64,000 nucleotides of DNA from Nitrosomonadales bacterium (GTDB lineage Bacteria; Pseudomonadota; Gammaproteobacteria; Burkholderiales; Gallionellaceae): NCBI GenBank assembly GCA_016223025.1, contig JACRPU010000021.1, positions 14,380 through 78,379 of the forward strand, in the 5' to 3' direction. The notes under the pieces are model-generated. The model worked only from the letters and a program-made list of their open reading frames with translations, did no database searches and was not told where the DNA came from. Shown piece by piece: positions 39,218-51,410 of the stretch. The position numbers and the translations under genes are program-made. Each line of letters starts with the position of its first letter. Positions within the stretch are counted from its first letter, which is position 1.

Positions 39218-40033
39218 TCAGAAAGAAAACGGCGCACTTTTTCCCAGCATGATAACCCAGTCGAGCGGGCGCAACACCGGGCGGTGGCGGAACATGTCGA
39301 ACCGCGCGCTTTCCAGCTTGTTGAGTATGCGGTTGCCGCCCGCGATGATGAGGCGCATTTCCAGCCCGATACGCCCGGTGAGTATGCTGCCGAGCGGCGC
39401 CCCGCTCTTCATCATGTCGCGCGCGCGCTGCACCTGGAACTGCATCAGCTCGCGCCAGGCCGCATCCGCGCGGCCTTCGGCAATGCGCCTTTCGGTCACG
39501 CCGAAGCGCGCCATTTCATCCTGCGGCAGGTAGATGCGCCCGATGGCGTAATCCCTGGCCACGTCCTGCCAGAAGTTGATGAGCTGCAAGCCGGTGCAGA
39601 TGGCGTCGGAATACGCCACGTTTGCTGGTGTGGCTTCTTCGTACAGATGCAGCAGCAACCGGCCCACCGGGTTGGCCGAGCGGCGGCAGTAATCCTGTAC
39701 CTCGTCAAAATTGGCGTAGCGTTTTTTGACTACATCCTGCGAGAAGGCATCGAGCAGGTCGTGGAAAAGTTGCAGCGGTAACTGGTGTTGCGCAACGACC
39801 CCGGCTATATCGTGGAACAAGGGAGTTTGCGGCGTTTCACCAGATGCAACGCGCTCCAGCTCGGCGCGAAAGCCATCCAGTTTCGCCAGGCGCTCTTCGT
39901 TGGAAATGTCGCCCTCATCGGCGAAGTCGTCGGCCTGGCGCGCAAAACGGTAGATAGTTTCCACCGGTCGCCGCAGGCGCCTGGGCAGCAGGATGGAGGC
40001 GACCGGGAAGTTTTCGTAATGGTCAACGGCCAT
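39218..40033 (-). CDS. hpnC: Hydroxysqualene synthase HpnC
   Basis: 271 aa. MAVDHYENFPVAS...IYRFARQADDFADEG. Confidence 0.85.
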   Translation of the reverse strand: MAVDHYENFPVASILLPRRLRRPVETIYRFARQADDFADEGDISNEERLAKLDGFRAELERVASGETPQTPLFHDIAGVVAQHQLPLQLFHDLLDAFSQDVVKKRYANFDEVQDYCRRSANPVGRLLLHLYEEATPANVAYSDAICTGLQLINFWQDVARDYAIGRIYLPQDEMARFGVTERRIAEGRADAAWRELMQFQVQRARDMMKSGAPLGSILTGRIGLEMRLIIAGGNRILNKLESARFDMFRHRPVLRPLDWVIMLGKSAPFSF

Positions 40034-40709
40034 TATTGGCGGCTAGCGAGCGTAGCTTGCTCGTCCATTCGCGGAAGTGTACGCACTCAGCTTCCATAAC
40101 GGGTAATGTTATGCGCTCTGCACCGAGTGGCCCATGGCGTGTTTTTTGATACTTTGGCCGCAACAAGCTTTCAAGCCTGCGCGACGGTTTGGTTTCAAGG
40201 TTGTCGTTGATATGTTCTGGTGTTTGGAAAGAGTTGCGGACAGCAGAAAGCTTGAGAAGATAGCTATGCCATGTTGGTTCAACGTCACATAAAGCTGCCA
40301 CATTTGAAAAAAGCAACCCTTCGAATTCATATGGCTGAATGTGTGGAATAAAGCGCTCAGGTCGGCAACCGGCATATTCAACAATTGCTTGGTGAAGTGC
40401 GCTTTCCAAGCAGGCTGTTCGCGTGTAGATGTCTGATTTATCTTTCGCATCCAGATAAGCAGGAAAGTTGGTCTCTAGTGCATAGAGATCAAGGAATGTG
40501 CTCAACACTGTGTTGGGATTTTGTCGCAATGTGTTGCGTGCATTGAATTTGAGCCGGTCAAAACTGACCGCCCCACCGTATGCATCCCGTGATGTTTTGA
40601 GCATTTGCGGCTTTACAAATACTTGCGCAGGCCGCAGCGATGGAGCAACAACACGCTTTATGAATTGTTCTTCGGTAGGTCCTTCAGCAAAGACAATGAC
40701 ATCTGCCAT
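40023..40709 (-). CDS. DUF4276-like protein (Toprim-like N-terminal motif)
   Basis: The ATG at 40709 is 1 nt after the ATPase stop. MADVIVFAEGPTEEQFIKRV resembles the hhhhEG-TE start of DUF4276 and OLD-type Toprim domains. Its last 11 nt overlap the hpnC start. Low GC. Confidence 0.65.
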   Translation of the reverse strand: MADVIVFAEGPTEEQFIKRVVAPSLRPAQVFVKPQMLKTSRDAYGGAVSFDRLKFNARNTLRQNPNTVLSTFLDLYALETNFPAYLDAKDKSDIYTRTACLESALHQAIVEYAGCRPERFIPHIQPYEFEGLLFSNVAALCDVEPTWHSYLLKLSAVRNSFQTPEHINDNLETKPSRRLESLLRPKYQKTRHGPLGAERITLPVMEAECVHFREWTSKLRSLAANNGR

Positions 40710-40710
40710 G

Positions 40711-41793
40711 CTACGGCCTCCCGCCCAAGACATTGCTTTTCCATAGCTCCCCCATGGAATACTGCTCCAGCCAGCCAGCCAGTTCATTTTGGGTAAAGCG
40801 TTTGAAGGTTGATGCACCATCTTGTTGATCTACCACAATCACGTCCTCTGGCGACAGCTCATTAATAAGCTCAACAGATTGCGTGGATACGATGAGCTGG
40901 CGATTCTCGGACACCTTCTTAAAGATTTCGGCGAGCACCGTGATGGCGTAGGGGTGTAGCCCTAACTCCGGCTCGTCAATGAGAATGGTGTGGGGCAAGA
41001 GGGCTGTTGGTTGTAGTAGCAAAGTTGCCAGGCAAATAAAGCGCAACGTACCGTCGGATAGCATGTGCGCTTTGAAGGGGATGTCGGGCTTACCTTTTTG
41101 TGTCCATTCCAATGCTATGAATTCAGTATCATCAGAACGATGCACGAAATCATCGAAAAATGGGGCGACCAGATGGATGGCATCAACAATACGTTGGTAT
41201 TCCTTAGGGTATTTAGCCTTCAGCATCCGCAGGTATGGAGCTAAATTCGCCGCATCTGGCAGTAAGCGCAGATTGAGATTGGAAGCCTGAGGTTGCTTGA
41301 CCTTGGCGTTCTCGCTGGTGTCATGGAAATGGTATACACGCCAATTGCTTACTGATGGGCGCACATAAGGCGAGTATTTGTCTTTTGCTTCTTTAAGCTT
41401 TGATTCGTCATGCCCCACCCCAAGTGTTGCACTTGGAGTGGTATCGAAAAATATGCCTCTAAACCAACTGATTTCTCTTTCAAATATTAATCGGTTGTCG
41501 TTGGTTGGTATGAGATCAAATTTGTAACCGTTGCGATCAAAATAAAATTCGGCATGTAATTTGTCTGTGGTTTGTCGTCCGAAATGTAGCAGCGCATCCG
41601 GCCCCCCTTGTTTTTGGATAAACACCTGCAATTGCTGCTCGTACATTTCGTTCAGCAGACGGAATAGGCCTATAAAATTACTTTTCCCTGCACCGTTGGC
41701 ACCAATCAACACATTGAGATCAGTTAATTTGAAATCTCGCAGCTCACGGATTGACTTATAGCCAGTTATTGTTAAGGAGAGAACGCCTGACAT
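40711..41793 (-). CDS. ABC/AAA_15-like ATPase (SMC-like, OLD/PARIS-type ATPase architecture)
   Basis: ATG at 41793 (AAGGAAA RBS). Walker A GANGAGKSN, signature-like LSDGTLRF, Walker B ILIDEPELGLHP. Low GC. Confidence 0.8.
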   Translation of the reverse strand: MSGVLSLTITGYKSIRELRDFKLTDLNVLIGANGAGKSNFIGLFRLLNEMYEQQLQVFIQKQGGPDALLHFGRQTTDKLHAEFYFDRNGYKFDLIPTNDNRLIFEREISWFRGIFFDTTPSATLGVGHDESKLKEAKDKYSPYVRPSVSNWRVYHFHDTSENAKVKQPQASNLNLRLLPDAANLAPYLRMLKAKYPKEYQRIVDAIHLVAPFFDDFVHRSDDTEFIALEWTQKGKPDIPFKAHMLSDGTLRFICLATLLLQPTALLPHTILIDEPELGLHPYAITVLAEIFKKVSENRQLIVSTQSVELINELSPEDVIVVDQQDGASTFKRFTQNELAGWLEQYSMGELWKSNVLGGRP

Positions 41794-41806
41794 GTTTTTC
41801 CTTACG

Positions 41807-42715
41807 CTAACAAAGAATGTCGCTGCGATGCAGCATAAACACAAATTCATCCCCCGCGCTGACCTCCAGCCAGGTGAACGGCAGCTCGGGGCAGGCGGCT
41901 TCCAGCGCGGCGCGGTTGTGGCCGACTTCCACGATCAGCACGCCATCTGGCGTCAGGTGTGCGGCGGCAAGCCTGAGAATCTCGCGCGTGGCATCCAGCC
42001 CGTCGGCCCCGCTGCCCAGCGCAAGCAAAGGCTCGTGCCGGTATTCCTGCGGCAGCGCGGACAGGGATTGCGCGTCCACATAAGGCGGGTTGCTTATGAT
42101 GATGTCATATTGCCTGCCACCCAGCCTGGCGAACAGATCGGATTCAATCAGGTGAACGCGGTCTTCCAGACCATAGTCGTCCACGTTGCGCTGCGCTACA
42201 TCCAGCGCGGCTGGGGATATATCCACCGCATCCACCTCGGCATGGGGGAAGGCGTGCGCGGCAAGGATGGCGAGGCAGCCGCTGCCGGTGCATAAATCCA
42301 GCACCCGCGTTACGTTTTCCGGGTTGTCCAGCCACGGAGCGAGTTGTTCGCGCAACAGTTCGGCGATGAAGGAGCGCGGCACGATCACGCGCTCGTCCAC
42401 ATAAAAGCGGAAATCGCCCAGCCAGGCTTCGTGCGTCAAATAGGCTGCCGGTATGCGGTTCCCGACCCGTTTTTCGATGATATTCAGCACTTCATCCAGC
42501 TCGGCTCGCGTGAGTCTGGCATCGAGGAAGGGGTCCAGGCGATCCGGCGGCAGGTGCAGGGTGTGCAGGATGAGGTAGGCGGCCTCATCGTAGGCCGTTT
42601 CGCTGCCGTGGCCGAAAAACAGCCCGTTCCGGTTGAACCGGCTGACCGCGAAGCGCAGGCAATCCCGCACCGTTACCAGCGCGTCGCGCGCGTCGGCAAG
42701 AAAGCTGGCATCCAT
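41807..42715 (-). CDS. prmB: Ribosomal protein L3 N5-glutamine methyltransferase
   Basis: 302 aa. VLDLCTGSGCLAI and ISNPPYV motifs with a PrmB-type N-terminus. Confidence 0.88.
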   Translation of the reverse strand: MDASFLADARDALVTVRDCLRFAVSRFNRNGLFFGHGSETAYDEAAYLILHTLHLPPDRLDPFLDARLTRAELDEVLNIIEKRVGNRIPAAYLTHEAWLGDFRFYVDERVIVPRSFIAELLREQLAPWLDNPENVTRVLDLCTGSGCLAILAAHAFPHAEVDAVDISPAALDVAQRNVDDYGLEDRVHLIESDLFARLGGRQYDIIISNPPYVDAQSLSALPQEYRHEPLLALGSGADGLDATREILRLAAAHLTPDGVLIVEVGHNRAALEAACPELPFTWLEVSAGDEFVFMLHRSDILC

Positions 42716-42812
42716 CAGTTCCCGCCTTTGCCGCTGCGGAGTTCCGGCGAGCGGAGCGCCGCCCGGAAAAGCTGGAGAAAGAAAGCCGGAAGAACCGGTT
42801 GTGGCAATGCGG

Positions 42813-43955
<1,143 letters not shown>

Positions 43956-44167
43956 TTATCGTTAAGTTATTGCCACGGGCGAGAGACTAAGCTATCGCAG
44001 TTGGGAGCGCAAATATCCTGTGAGTATTTTGGGGTAAATAGTTATCGCCATGCGGGCCGTTGGTTATAATCCTGCGCCAACGCACCCTTTCGCGTCAATA
44101 ACCGCGCCGGGTTGCCCGAAACGAAACCCCGTGAAGCGCTACGCAATTACCGGATATTTGCCCTCCC

Positions 44168-45988
44168 TTGAAAACGGACGACTTCGACCCCAAACCGTTC
44201 CTCGCCAGCCTGCCCCTGTTGCCCGGCGTGTACCGAATGCTGGATAAAGACGGCCAGGTGCTCTACGTCGGCAAGGCGGCGCAACTCAAGAAGCGCGTCG
44301 CGTCGTATTTCCGGAAAACCAATATCTCGCCGCGCATCCGGCTGATGGTGTCGCACACCGCCAGCGTCGAGGTGACGGTGACGCGCACCGAGGCCGAGGC
44401 GCTGCTGCTGGAAAACAATCTCATCAAGACACTGAAGCCGCGCTACAACATCCTGTTCCGCGACGACAAGTCTTATCCCTACATCGTGCTGACCGGGCAC
44501 AGGTTTCCGCGCCTGACCTATTACCGGGGCGCGACCGAGAAGCGGCACCAGTATTTCGGCCCCTATCCCAACGCCAGTGCGGCGAAGGAGAGCGTGCAGT
44601 TGTTGCAGAAGATTTTCCGCATCCGCACCTGCGAGGACAGTGTGTTCAACAACCGCGCGCGCCCTTGTCTGCTGCACCAGATTCACCGCTGCACCGCGCC
44701 ATGCGCCGGGCTGATTTCGGAAGAAGGTTACGCCGGCGACATCCGCAATGCCGCGCTGTTGCTGCGGGGCAAGCATTCCGAGGCGGAGGGCGCGCTACAG
44801 CAGGCGATGCGGGATGCGGCGGAGCAGCAGCATTACGAGCGGGCGGCGGCGCTGCGCGACCAGTTGGCCGCCTTGCACACGGTGCAGCAGAAGCAGTTCG
44901 TGGAAAACGCGCGCGCCGCCGATGCGGACATCGTCGCGGTGGCGGAACTGGACGGCATGATGTGCGTGAACCTCGCCATGGTGCGCGGGGGGAGGCATCT
45001 GGGCGACAAAAGCTTCTTTCCCCAGAATTTATATGGCGGGAACGCGGAAGGGCAGGCGCGCAGCGAGGTGCTGGAGGCTTTCCTCGCCCAGCATTATCTC
45101 AACCGCAGCGTGCCGCCGCTGATTATCACCAGTGAAGAGATCGCGGCCGGTGCGCTGGAGGAGTTGTTCGGCGCGCAGTCCGGCGGCAGGGTGCGCATCC
45201 TCGGCGGCGCTTCCGGCGAGCGCAGGGAATGGCTGGAAATGGCGGCGCAGAACGCTTCGCTCGCGCTGCGCCGCGAGGCGGAGAAAAAGCTGGGGCAGCG
45301 CGCGCGGCTTGATGCGCTGCGAGAGGCGCTCGATCTGCCGGAGCTCGCGCGCATCGAATGTTTCGACATCAGCCACACCTTGGGCGAGGCGACGGTGGCT
45401 TCGTGCGTGGTGTACGACAACTTGGCCACGCGCAATTCGGAATACCGACGCTACAACATTGCGGGTGTCACGGCGGGCGACGATTACGCCGCGATGCGCC
45501 AGGCGCTGGCGCGGCGCTACCAGAAGTTGCGGGAGGGCGAGGGCAAGCGGCCAGATTTGATCCTGGTAGACGGCGGGGCGGGGCAGCTCGGTGTGGCGGT
45601 AGAGGTGATGGCAGAACTCGGATTGGATATTCCTCTGCTCGGCGTGGCCAAGGGGGCGGAGCGCAAACCCGGCATGGAGCAATTGTTGCTTCCGCACCGG
45701 GAAAAGCCGCTACAATTGCCGCCGGACAGCCCCGCGCTGCATTTTGTCCAGCAGGTGCGCGATGAGGCGCACCGCTTTGCCATCAGCGGGCACCGCGCGC
45801 GGCGCGGCAAGGCGCGCACGGCGTCCGCGCTGGAGGAAATCGGCGGGGTAGGTGAGAAGCGCAGGCGCAGCCTGCTGGCCCGCTTCGGCGGCTTGCAAGG
45901 CGTTTGTCAGGCCAGCGTGGACGAACTGGCGCAGGTGGAAGGCGTCAGCCGCGCTCTGGCGGAAAAAATATACCAACAGTTGCATTGA
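44168..45988 (+). CDS. uvrC: Excinuclease ABC subunit C
   Basis: 606 aa. [25 protein letters not shown] domain, UVR domain, C-terminal HhH. TTG start. Confidence 0.95.
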   Translation: MKTDDFDPKPFLASLPLLPGVYRMLDKDGQVLYVGKAAQLKKRVASYFRKTNISPRIRLMVSHTASVEVTVTRTEAEALLLENNLIKTLKPRYNILFRDDKSYPYIVLTGHRFPRLTYYRGATEKRHQYFGPYPNASAAKESVQLLQKIFRIRTCEDSVFNNRARPCLLHQIHRCTAPCAGLISEEGYAGDIRNAALLLRGKHSEAEGALQQAMRDAAEQQHYERAAALRDQLAALHTVQQKQFVENARAADADIVAVAELDGMMCVNLAMVRGGRHLGDKSFFPQNLYGGNAEGQARSEVLEAFLAQHYLNRSVPPLIITSEEIAAGALEELFGAQSGGRVRILGGASGERREWLEMAAQNASLALRREAEKKLGQRARLDALREALDLPELARIECFDISHTLGEATVASCVVYDNLATRNSEYRRYNIAGVTAGDDYAAMRQALARRYQKLREGEGKRPDLILVDGGAGQLGVAVEVMAELGLDIPLLGVAKGAERKPGMEQLLLPHREKPLQLPPDSPALHFVQQVRDEAHRFAISGHRARRGKARTASALEEIGGVGEKRRRSLLARFGGLQGVCQASVDELAQVEGVSRALAEKIYQQLH

Positions 45989-46179
45989 GGGGTTGCAACT
46001 ACTAGTGTCGCAAACCAGAAATAACGAAACATGAAACGGCGTCTTTTCCCGCCATGCCGCGTTGCATCCACTTGCCGTATATCCCATACGGCTGCTGGTC
46101 TGCGCCTTGCCCGGCGAAAAAACCCATCGGTTTCATTACGTCAAGCCGTTTGCGAGGCGCTACACTAGCGCCCACCGTT

Positions 46180-46755
46180 ATGCCACTCAACATTCCCAAC
46201 TTGCTGACCTGGTTCCGGATAGTGATGATCCCGGTGTTTTTTGCCGTGTTTTACGTGTCCGACAATACGCTCAGCCTGCACCACAAGCATCAGGTCAGCA
46301 CCCTTGTTTTTGTGCTGGCAGCCGTCACCGACTGGCTGGACGGCTATCTGGCGCGCACGTTGAACCAGTCTTCGGCGTTCGGCGCGTTTCTTGATCCGGT
46401 CGCGGACAAGCTGATGGTGGCCGCCGCGCTGGTTGTCCTGGTCAACCTGGATTATGTGGATACCGCCATCGCCTTCATTATCATTGGCCGCGAAATCGCC
46501 ATCTCGGCCTTGCGCGAATGGATGGCGCAACTGGGCAACAGCAAGAGCGTGGCGGTTTCCCTGCTGGGGAAAATCAAGACCACCTTCCAGATGATCGCCA
46601 TTTCCCTGCTGCTTTATCACGAGCGCGTGCTGTTTATTTCCGCGCATGAAATCGGCACGCTGCTGATTTATGTCGCCGCTCTGCTCACCCTCTTCTCGAT
46701 GTTCTATTACCTGATGCTGGCAATGCCGCAAATCGCGCAAAAATCGCGCGAGTGA
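46180..46755 (+). CDS. pgsA: CDP-diacylglycerol--glycerol-3-phosphate 3-phosphatidyltransferase
   Basis: The ATG at 46180 gives MPLNIPNLLTWFRIVMIP. DWLDGYLAR...DPVADK CDP-alcohol transferase motif. Confidence 0.9.
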   Translation: MPLNIPNLLTWFRIVMIPVFFAVFYVSDNTLSLHHKHQVSTLVFVLAAVTDWLDGYLARTLNQSSAFGAFLDPVADKLMVAAALVVLVNLDYVDTAIAFIIIGREIAISALREWMAQLGNSKSVAVSLLGKIKTTFQMIAISLLLYHERVLFISAHEIGTLLIYVAALLTLFSMFYYLMLAMPQIAQKSRE

Positions 46756-46812
46756 GCGATGGAGAAATCCGGGGCGGCGCAAACCGCTGCGCCCTATAAC
46801 TGTGGGCGGCGG

Positions 46813-47406
46813 CTATTGGGCGCCGAGCCGGGCCTCGATTTTGGCGAAAGTCTGCGTAATGTCCCCCGCCTGAACCTCTATGCCCAACTGGCGCGCGATC
46901 TGCGTCGCGGAAAACAGGCCGCAAACGACTTCGCTGCCATCGCCGCTTTCTTCCACCACGATGGCGTGCTGGCGCCTGGCCTGTTTCAGGGTGGCCACGA
47001 TCTGGCCGACTTTGGCGCCAGCCACATCCGGCAGTTTCATTACCTCAAGCTCGCGTTGCGTGGTCATCACGTCGCGCACCAGGATGTCGGCATGGGCGCC
47101 GCCCATGTGCTGCAGAAACCGTATGGGTTTGTCTCCCAGAATATCGGTCGCCGTAATCAAGCCTGCAACCTTGTCGGCGTCATCGAGCACCAGCAACAGG
47201 CGCACGCCGTAGCGGATCATCCTGGCGTTGGCGCTCTCCATGGGTGCCTTGGCACGCACGTTGACCAGCGACACGACTTTCAGGTCGGTCATCACGTCGC
47301 GGGCGGGGTCATCCAGAGCTACCCGCTCCGGCAATTGCTGGGCGGGGCGGGCAAACGAGGTGTTGGCCTTGAGCGGGTGCGCCTTCAGGGGAGCGTATTT
47401 TTTCAT
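46813..47406 (-). CDS. CBS-domain pair protein
   Basis: ATG at 47406 (MKKYAPLKAH...). Two CBS-like repeats (ARDVMTDLKVVSL and VRDVMTTQRELEV). The longer upstream ORF extension is Arg/Ala-rich and looks non-coding. Confidence 0.8.
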   Translation of the reverse strand: MKKYAPLKAHPLKANTSFARPAQQLPERVALDDPARDVMTDLKVVSLVNVRAKAPMESANARMIRYGVRLLLVLDDADKVAGLITATDILGDKPIRFLQHMGGAHADILVRDVMTTQRELEVMKLPDVAGAKVGQIVATLKQARRQHAIVVEESGDGSEVVCGLFSATQIARQLGIEVQAGDITQTFAKIEARLGAQ

Positions 47407-47435
47407 TATTAAGGGCCTGTCGTGGAAATTAAAAA

Positions 47436-47957
47436 TCACCCGCCTGAAACCAGCCGGTGCGCCTCGTAGCGTTTCACCTGCTTGGTCGGCGGCAGATAGC
47501 GCACCAGTTCGTTCAGGGCCAGGCAATACACATCCCGCTTGAACTCGATCACGCTGTCCATCTCGATCCAGTAGTCCGCCCAGCGCCAGGCATCGAACTC
47601 GGGGTGGCCGGATGCGCGCAGGCAAACATCGCAGTCGCGCCCGACCAGGCGCAACAGGAACCATATCTGCTTCTGCCCCTTGTAGCTGCCGCGCCATTCG
47701 CGCTTGACCCAGTGTTGCGGCACTTCGTAACGCATCCAGTCGCGCGTGCGTCCCAGTATTTGCACGTGGCAAGGCTGCAAACCCGTTTCTTCCTGCAATT
47801 CGCGGTACATCGCCTGCTCCGGTGATTCGCCGTGCTGGATGCCGCCTTGCGGAAACTGCCACGAGTCCTGCCTGATGCGCTTGCCCCAAAATACCTGGTT
47901 TTTTGCGTTAGTGAGAATAATGCCGACATTGGGGCGGTAACCGTCACGGTCAACCAT
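47436..47957 (-). CDS. rppH: RNA pyrophosphohydrolase (Nudix)
   Basis: [15 protein letters not shown]... and Nudix box [23 protein letters not shown]. Confidence 0.88.
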   Translation of the reverse strand: MVDRDGYRPNVGIILTNAKNQVFWGKRIRQDSWQFPQGGIQHGESPEQAMYRELQEETGLQPCHVQILGRTRDWMRYEVPQHWVKREWRGSYKGQKQIWFLLRLVGRDCDVCLRASGHPEFDAWRWADYWIEMDSVIEFKRDVYCLALNELVRYLPPTKQVKRYEAHRLVSGG

Positions 47958-48109
47958 CTTCGCCACCTGTTCGGTTAATTTCGATGGGCGGATTTTTTCA
48001 TATTTCACGACGGAAGAAAAGCTTTCTTGTCACAACCTTGTCACAACCGTTGCGGCATGAGCGTCTGGTTCGCTGTAGAATCGGCCTTCCTTGAGTTGAG
48101 TCAAACATC

Positions 48110-49816
48110 ATGCGCGTTTCGCAATTTTTCATTTCCACCCTGAAAGAAGCCCCTTCCGAAGCCGAACTGGTCAGCCATCGCCTGATGCTGCGCGCCGGTT
48201 ACATCAGAAAGCTGGCGAGCGGCCTGTATACCTGGATGCCGCTCGGCCTGCGCGTGCTGCGCAAGGTGGAAAACATCGTGCGCGAGGAAATGGACAGAAG
48301 CGGCGGTATCGAGTTGCTGATGCCCGCCGTGCAGCCCGCCGAATTGTGGCAGGAAACCGGGCGCTGGGAGGTGTTCGGCCCGCAGATGCTGAAAATCAGG
48401 GATCGCCACGAAAACCTTTTCTGCTTCGGGCCCACCCACGAGGAAGTCATAACCGACATCGCGCGCCGCGAAATCAAAAGCTACCGCCAGTTGCCGCTGA
48501 ACTTCTACCAGATCCAGACCAAGTTCCGCGACGAAGTGCGCCCCCGTTTCGGCGTAATGCGCGCGCGCGAGTTCGTGATGAAGGACGCTTATTCCTTTCA
48601 TGGCAGCTTCGAGAGCCTGGAGCAGACCTACCAGGTGATGCATGGTACTTACAGCCGCATCTTTGCACGCCTCGGCCTGCAATTTCGCGCCGTAGCGGCG
48701 GATACCGGCGCCATCGGCGGCAGCGGCTCGCACGAGTTCCATGTGCTGGCGGATTCCGGCGAGGATGCGCTGGCGTTCTGCCCGGGTTCCGATTACGCGG
48801 CGAATGTGGAGATGGCCGAGGCGGTCGCGCCACGGGTTGTTCCCCCCGCGCATCTGGAAACGATGGTGAAAACAATCACTCCCGGCCAGAAAACCATTGA
48901 GGAAGTTGCGGCTTTCCTGAATGTTGCGCCGCAAAAAGTGCTGAAATCCATCGCCGTGATGGATGGGGAAGGCCGCTTTGTATTGCTGCTGCTGCGCGGA
49001 GATCACACGCTGAACGAGCTCAAGGCCGGCAAGGTGCTGGGCGGATTCCGCTTTGCGAGCGACGAAGAAATCCAGCAAAACATGGGCTGCCGTCCCGGTT
49101 ACATCGGGCCGGTAATTATTGCCGTGCGCGTCCTGGCCGACCGTAGCGCCGCCGCGATGGATAATTTTGTCTGCGGCGCCAACGACGACGGCTTTCACTA
49201 TACGGGGGCAAACTTCGGGCGCGATATTTATCTGGATGAGGCAAACGTGCATGATTTGCGCAACGTCGTCAGCGGCGACCCCAGCCCGGACGGCAAGGGG
49301 AAGCTGGAACTGTGCCGCGGCATCGAGGTCGGCCACATCTTCCAGTTGCGCACCAAATACTCGGAAGCGCTCAAGGCCACTTTTTTGAACGAGAACGGCC
49401 AGGCGCAAGCGATGGAAATGGGCTGTTACGGCATCGGCGTATCGCGCATCGTCGCCGCCGCCATCGAGCAGAATTACGACGAGCGCGGCATCGCCTTGCC
49501 CGCCGCGATGGCCCCGTTCGCGGTCGCCATCGCCCCCATCGGGATCAAGAAAAGCCCGGCGGTGCGCGAGGCGGCTGAAAAGATTTACGCCGAGCTTGCC
49601 GCAGCGGGCATCGAAGTATTGCTGGATGACCGCGACGAGCGCCCCGGCGTGATGTTTGCCGACCTGGAACTGATCGGCATCCCGCACCGCATCGTAATCG
49701 GCGAGCGCGGCCTGAAAGAAGGCATGGTGGAATACAAGGGGCGGCGCGATTCAGAAGCGCAACCGATACCCTTGCAAGATATCGCCAGGCTCGTACAATC
49801 CAAACTATGCACCTGA
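48110..49816 (+). CDS. proS: Prolyl-tRNA synthetase
   Basis: 568 aa. [34 protein letters not shown] and class II motifs. Confidence 0.96.
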   Translation: MRVSQFFISTLKEAPSEAELVSHRLMLRAGYIRKLASGLYTWMPLGLRVLRKVENIVREEMDRSGGIELLMPAVQPAELWQETGRWEVFGPQMLKIRDRHENLFCFGPTHEEVITDIARREIKSYRQLPLNFYQIQTKFRDEVRPRFGVMRAREFVMKDAYSFHGSFESLEQTYQVMHGTYSRIFARLGLQFRAVAADTGAIGGSGSHEFHVLADSGEDALAFCPGSDYAANVEMAEAVAPRVVPPAHLETMVKTITPGQKTIEEVAAFLNVAPQKVLKSIAVMDGEGRFVLLLLRGDHTLNELKAGKVLGGFRFASDEEIQQNMGCRPGYIGPVIIAVRVLADRSAAAMDNFVCGANDDGFHYTGANFGRDIYLDEANVHDLRNVVSGDPSPDGKGKLELCRGIEVGHIFQLRTKYSEALKATFLNENGQAQAMEMGCYGIGVSRIVAAAIEQNYDERGIALPAAMAPFAVAIAPIGIKKSPAVREAAEKIYAELAAAGIEVLLDDRDERPGVMFADLELIGIPHRIVIGERGLKEGMVEYKGRRDSEAQPIPLQDIARLVQSKLCT

Positions 49817-50463
49817 CCCAAAACCGGTATTCGCTCCGCTTCGCCCTGCCTTTGCTGGTGGGCGGACTGTTGTTCGCCCCTGCGGCGCAGGGCGGCGCAC
49901 AAAATTACCAGCCCCTTTCCGCCAGCGTGCGCGGAGTGCTGCACCGCGCCGTTTCAGATCGGGCCGCATCCGCATCCGTATTCGGCTCGCAACAGGAAGC
50001 CGACACCTGGCTGGGCAATATGTCGCACCGCATCGAGAAACGCATCCCGGATGCCGCCTCGCGCATGGATTTTCTCAGAACCGCGCATTACGAAGCCAAG
50101 CGCGCAGGGCTGGACCCGCAACTGGTGCTCGGGCTGATCGAAGTGGAAAGCGGTTTCAGGAAATATGCCGTTTCCAGCGCGGGAGCGCGCGGCTACATGC
50201 AGGTCATGCCGTTCTGGGTGAAAGAAATCGGCGCGAAAGGGCACAACCTGTTCCACCTGCGCACCAACCTGCGCTACGGATGCGCCATCCTGCGCCACTA
50301 TCTGGATATGGAAAACGGCGATCTCTACCGCGCGCTGGGCCGCTACAACGGCAGCCTGGGCAAGCCGGAATACCCCAACCTGGTGCGTGCCGCCTGGCAC
50401 AAATACGGGGACACCGCCCGCCGCACCGACATCCCAAAAGGGAAGCAATTCGCTGCCAGCTAA
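49807..50463 (+). CDS. Lytic transglycosylase (SLT domain) with signal peptide
   Basis: [28 protein letters not shown] catalytic Glu motif. Confidence 0.8.
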   Translation: MHLTQNRYSLRFALPLLVGGLLFAPAAQGGAQNYQPLSASVRGVLHRAVSDRAASASVFGSQQEADTWLGNMSHRIEKRIPDAASRMDFLRTAHYEAKRAGLDPQLVLGLIEVESGFRKYAVSSAGARGYMQVMPFWVKEIGAKGHNLFHLRTNLRYGCAILRHYLDMENGDLYRALGRYNGSLGKPEYPNLVRAAWHKYGDTARRTDIPKGKQFAAS

Positions 50464-50698
50464 AAAAGCAAGGGTGTCGTTTATACCGGCAGGTCATGCC
50501 GGAGAGGCTGCGGATACGGAATTAGAGAGGTCACGCCCGACTTGGGCGATACTGCTGGCGGCACGGGCAAAAAACAAATCAAACGCGGCCCCTTTTCTCA
50601 TGCATGAATTCATCTGACGCCTATAACATGAAAAACAATGCGGGTGGCCCCTTTTATCCTACTTTTGTCCTTTCGATGCTGCCCCTTTAGATTACAAA

Positions 50699-50959
50699 TC
50701 AGGCCGCAGCCCGCTTGCGGGGCGCACGTTTGGCGTGCGTAATTGTTTGCGCTTCCTGAGTAAAAGCCAACATGCTGGCCAGCGCCTTGTTGACGGCCTC
50801 GGAGGTTGGAAACGCCTTCTGTATCTCGGGTTGCAAAACCACCACATTGCTGCCCTGCATAAACTGCTTGTGATACTTCCCGCGCACACCCACGCCAAGC
50901 TGTTCCCGCGTATATTCGGGAATGTCCTGGTCATCCTTGCTTGTAGATCGTTTTTTCAT
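50699..50959 (-). CDS. brnA: BrnA-like antitoxin
   Basis: The ATG at 50959 overlaps the restored brnT 3' end. ...GVGVRGKYHKQF motif typical of BrnT partners. AT-richer region. Confidence 0.55.
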   Translation of the reverse strand: MKKRSTSKDDQDIPEYTREQLGVGVRGKYHKQFMQGSNVVVLQPEIQKAFPTSEAVNKALASMLAFTQEAQTITHAKRAPRKRAAA

Positions 50960-51206
50960 ATCGAGTCGCCTTTCGCGCGCTAATGATTCTGGCATTGTTC
51001 CTTCATTCCGTGTGTACCACCACGAGCAGCCGCCCTTTGTTTGAAATGCCGTAGGTTCGGCTTCTGTCTTCCGCTTCAGAGTGGTCGCAATCCGAAAACG
51101 TCAGCGCCATCGCATTGGCAAACACGCTGACGGTCTCTTCAAACGAGACACTGTGCTTCTGCACATTGCTTTCTGCTTTCCGATAGTCCCACTCAAACTT
51201 GAACAC
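50931..51206 (-). pseudogene. brnT: BrnT (DUF497) toxin with in-frame TGA at 51003-51005
   Basis: MFKFEWDYRKAESNVQKHSVSFEE...GRLLVVVHTE*RNNARIISARKATRYEKTIYKQG. The sequence after the stop continues the conserved IRIISARKA block in the same frame. Confidence 0.7.
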
Positions 51207-51410
51207 GCCGCATGCCCCTTAACCTCAATGCCGACACATCCTAGCAAAAACAAAACGACTCCGGTACTTTGGGTCTTGCCGGTACTTTTGGTCTTGGGTG
51301 CGATTTATTAGTTGATCGGGAATTGGGATTTGAAAATACTGGCGGCTGATGCCGCCATGGAATCGTTTACTCGCTTGACGCAGGTCGGCTAATGGGTGAC
51401 CCCATTAGCT

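Noticed and set aside
46756-46812. Expected tRNA genes downstream of pgsA, which are common in proteobacterial uvrC-pgsA loci.
   Set aside because: The 57 bp spacer is too short and shows no cloverleaf features. I saw no tRNA-like sequence anywhere in the intergenic regions I read.
46813-47889. 358 aa ORF taken at full length.
   Set aside because: Only the C-terminal 197 aa (from ATG 47406) look like a CBS-pair protein. The upstream part overlaps rppH on the same strand in another frame and is Arg/Ala-rich.
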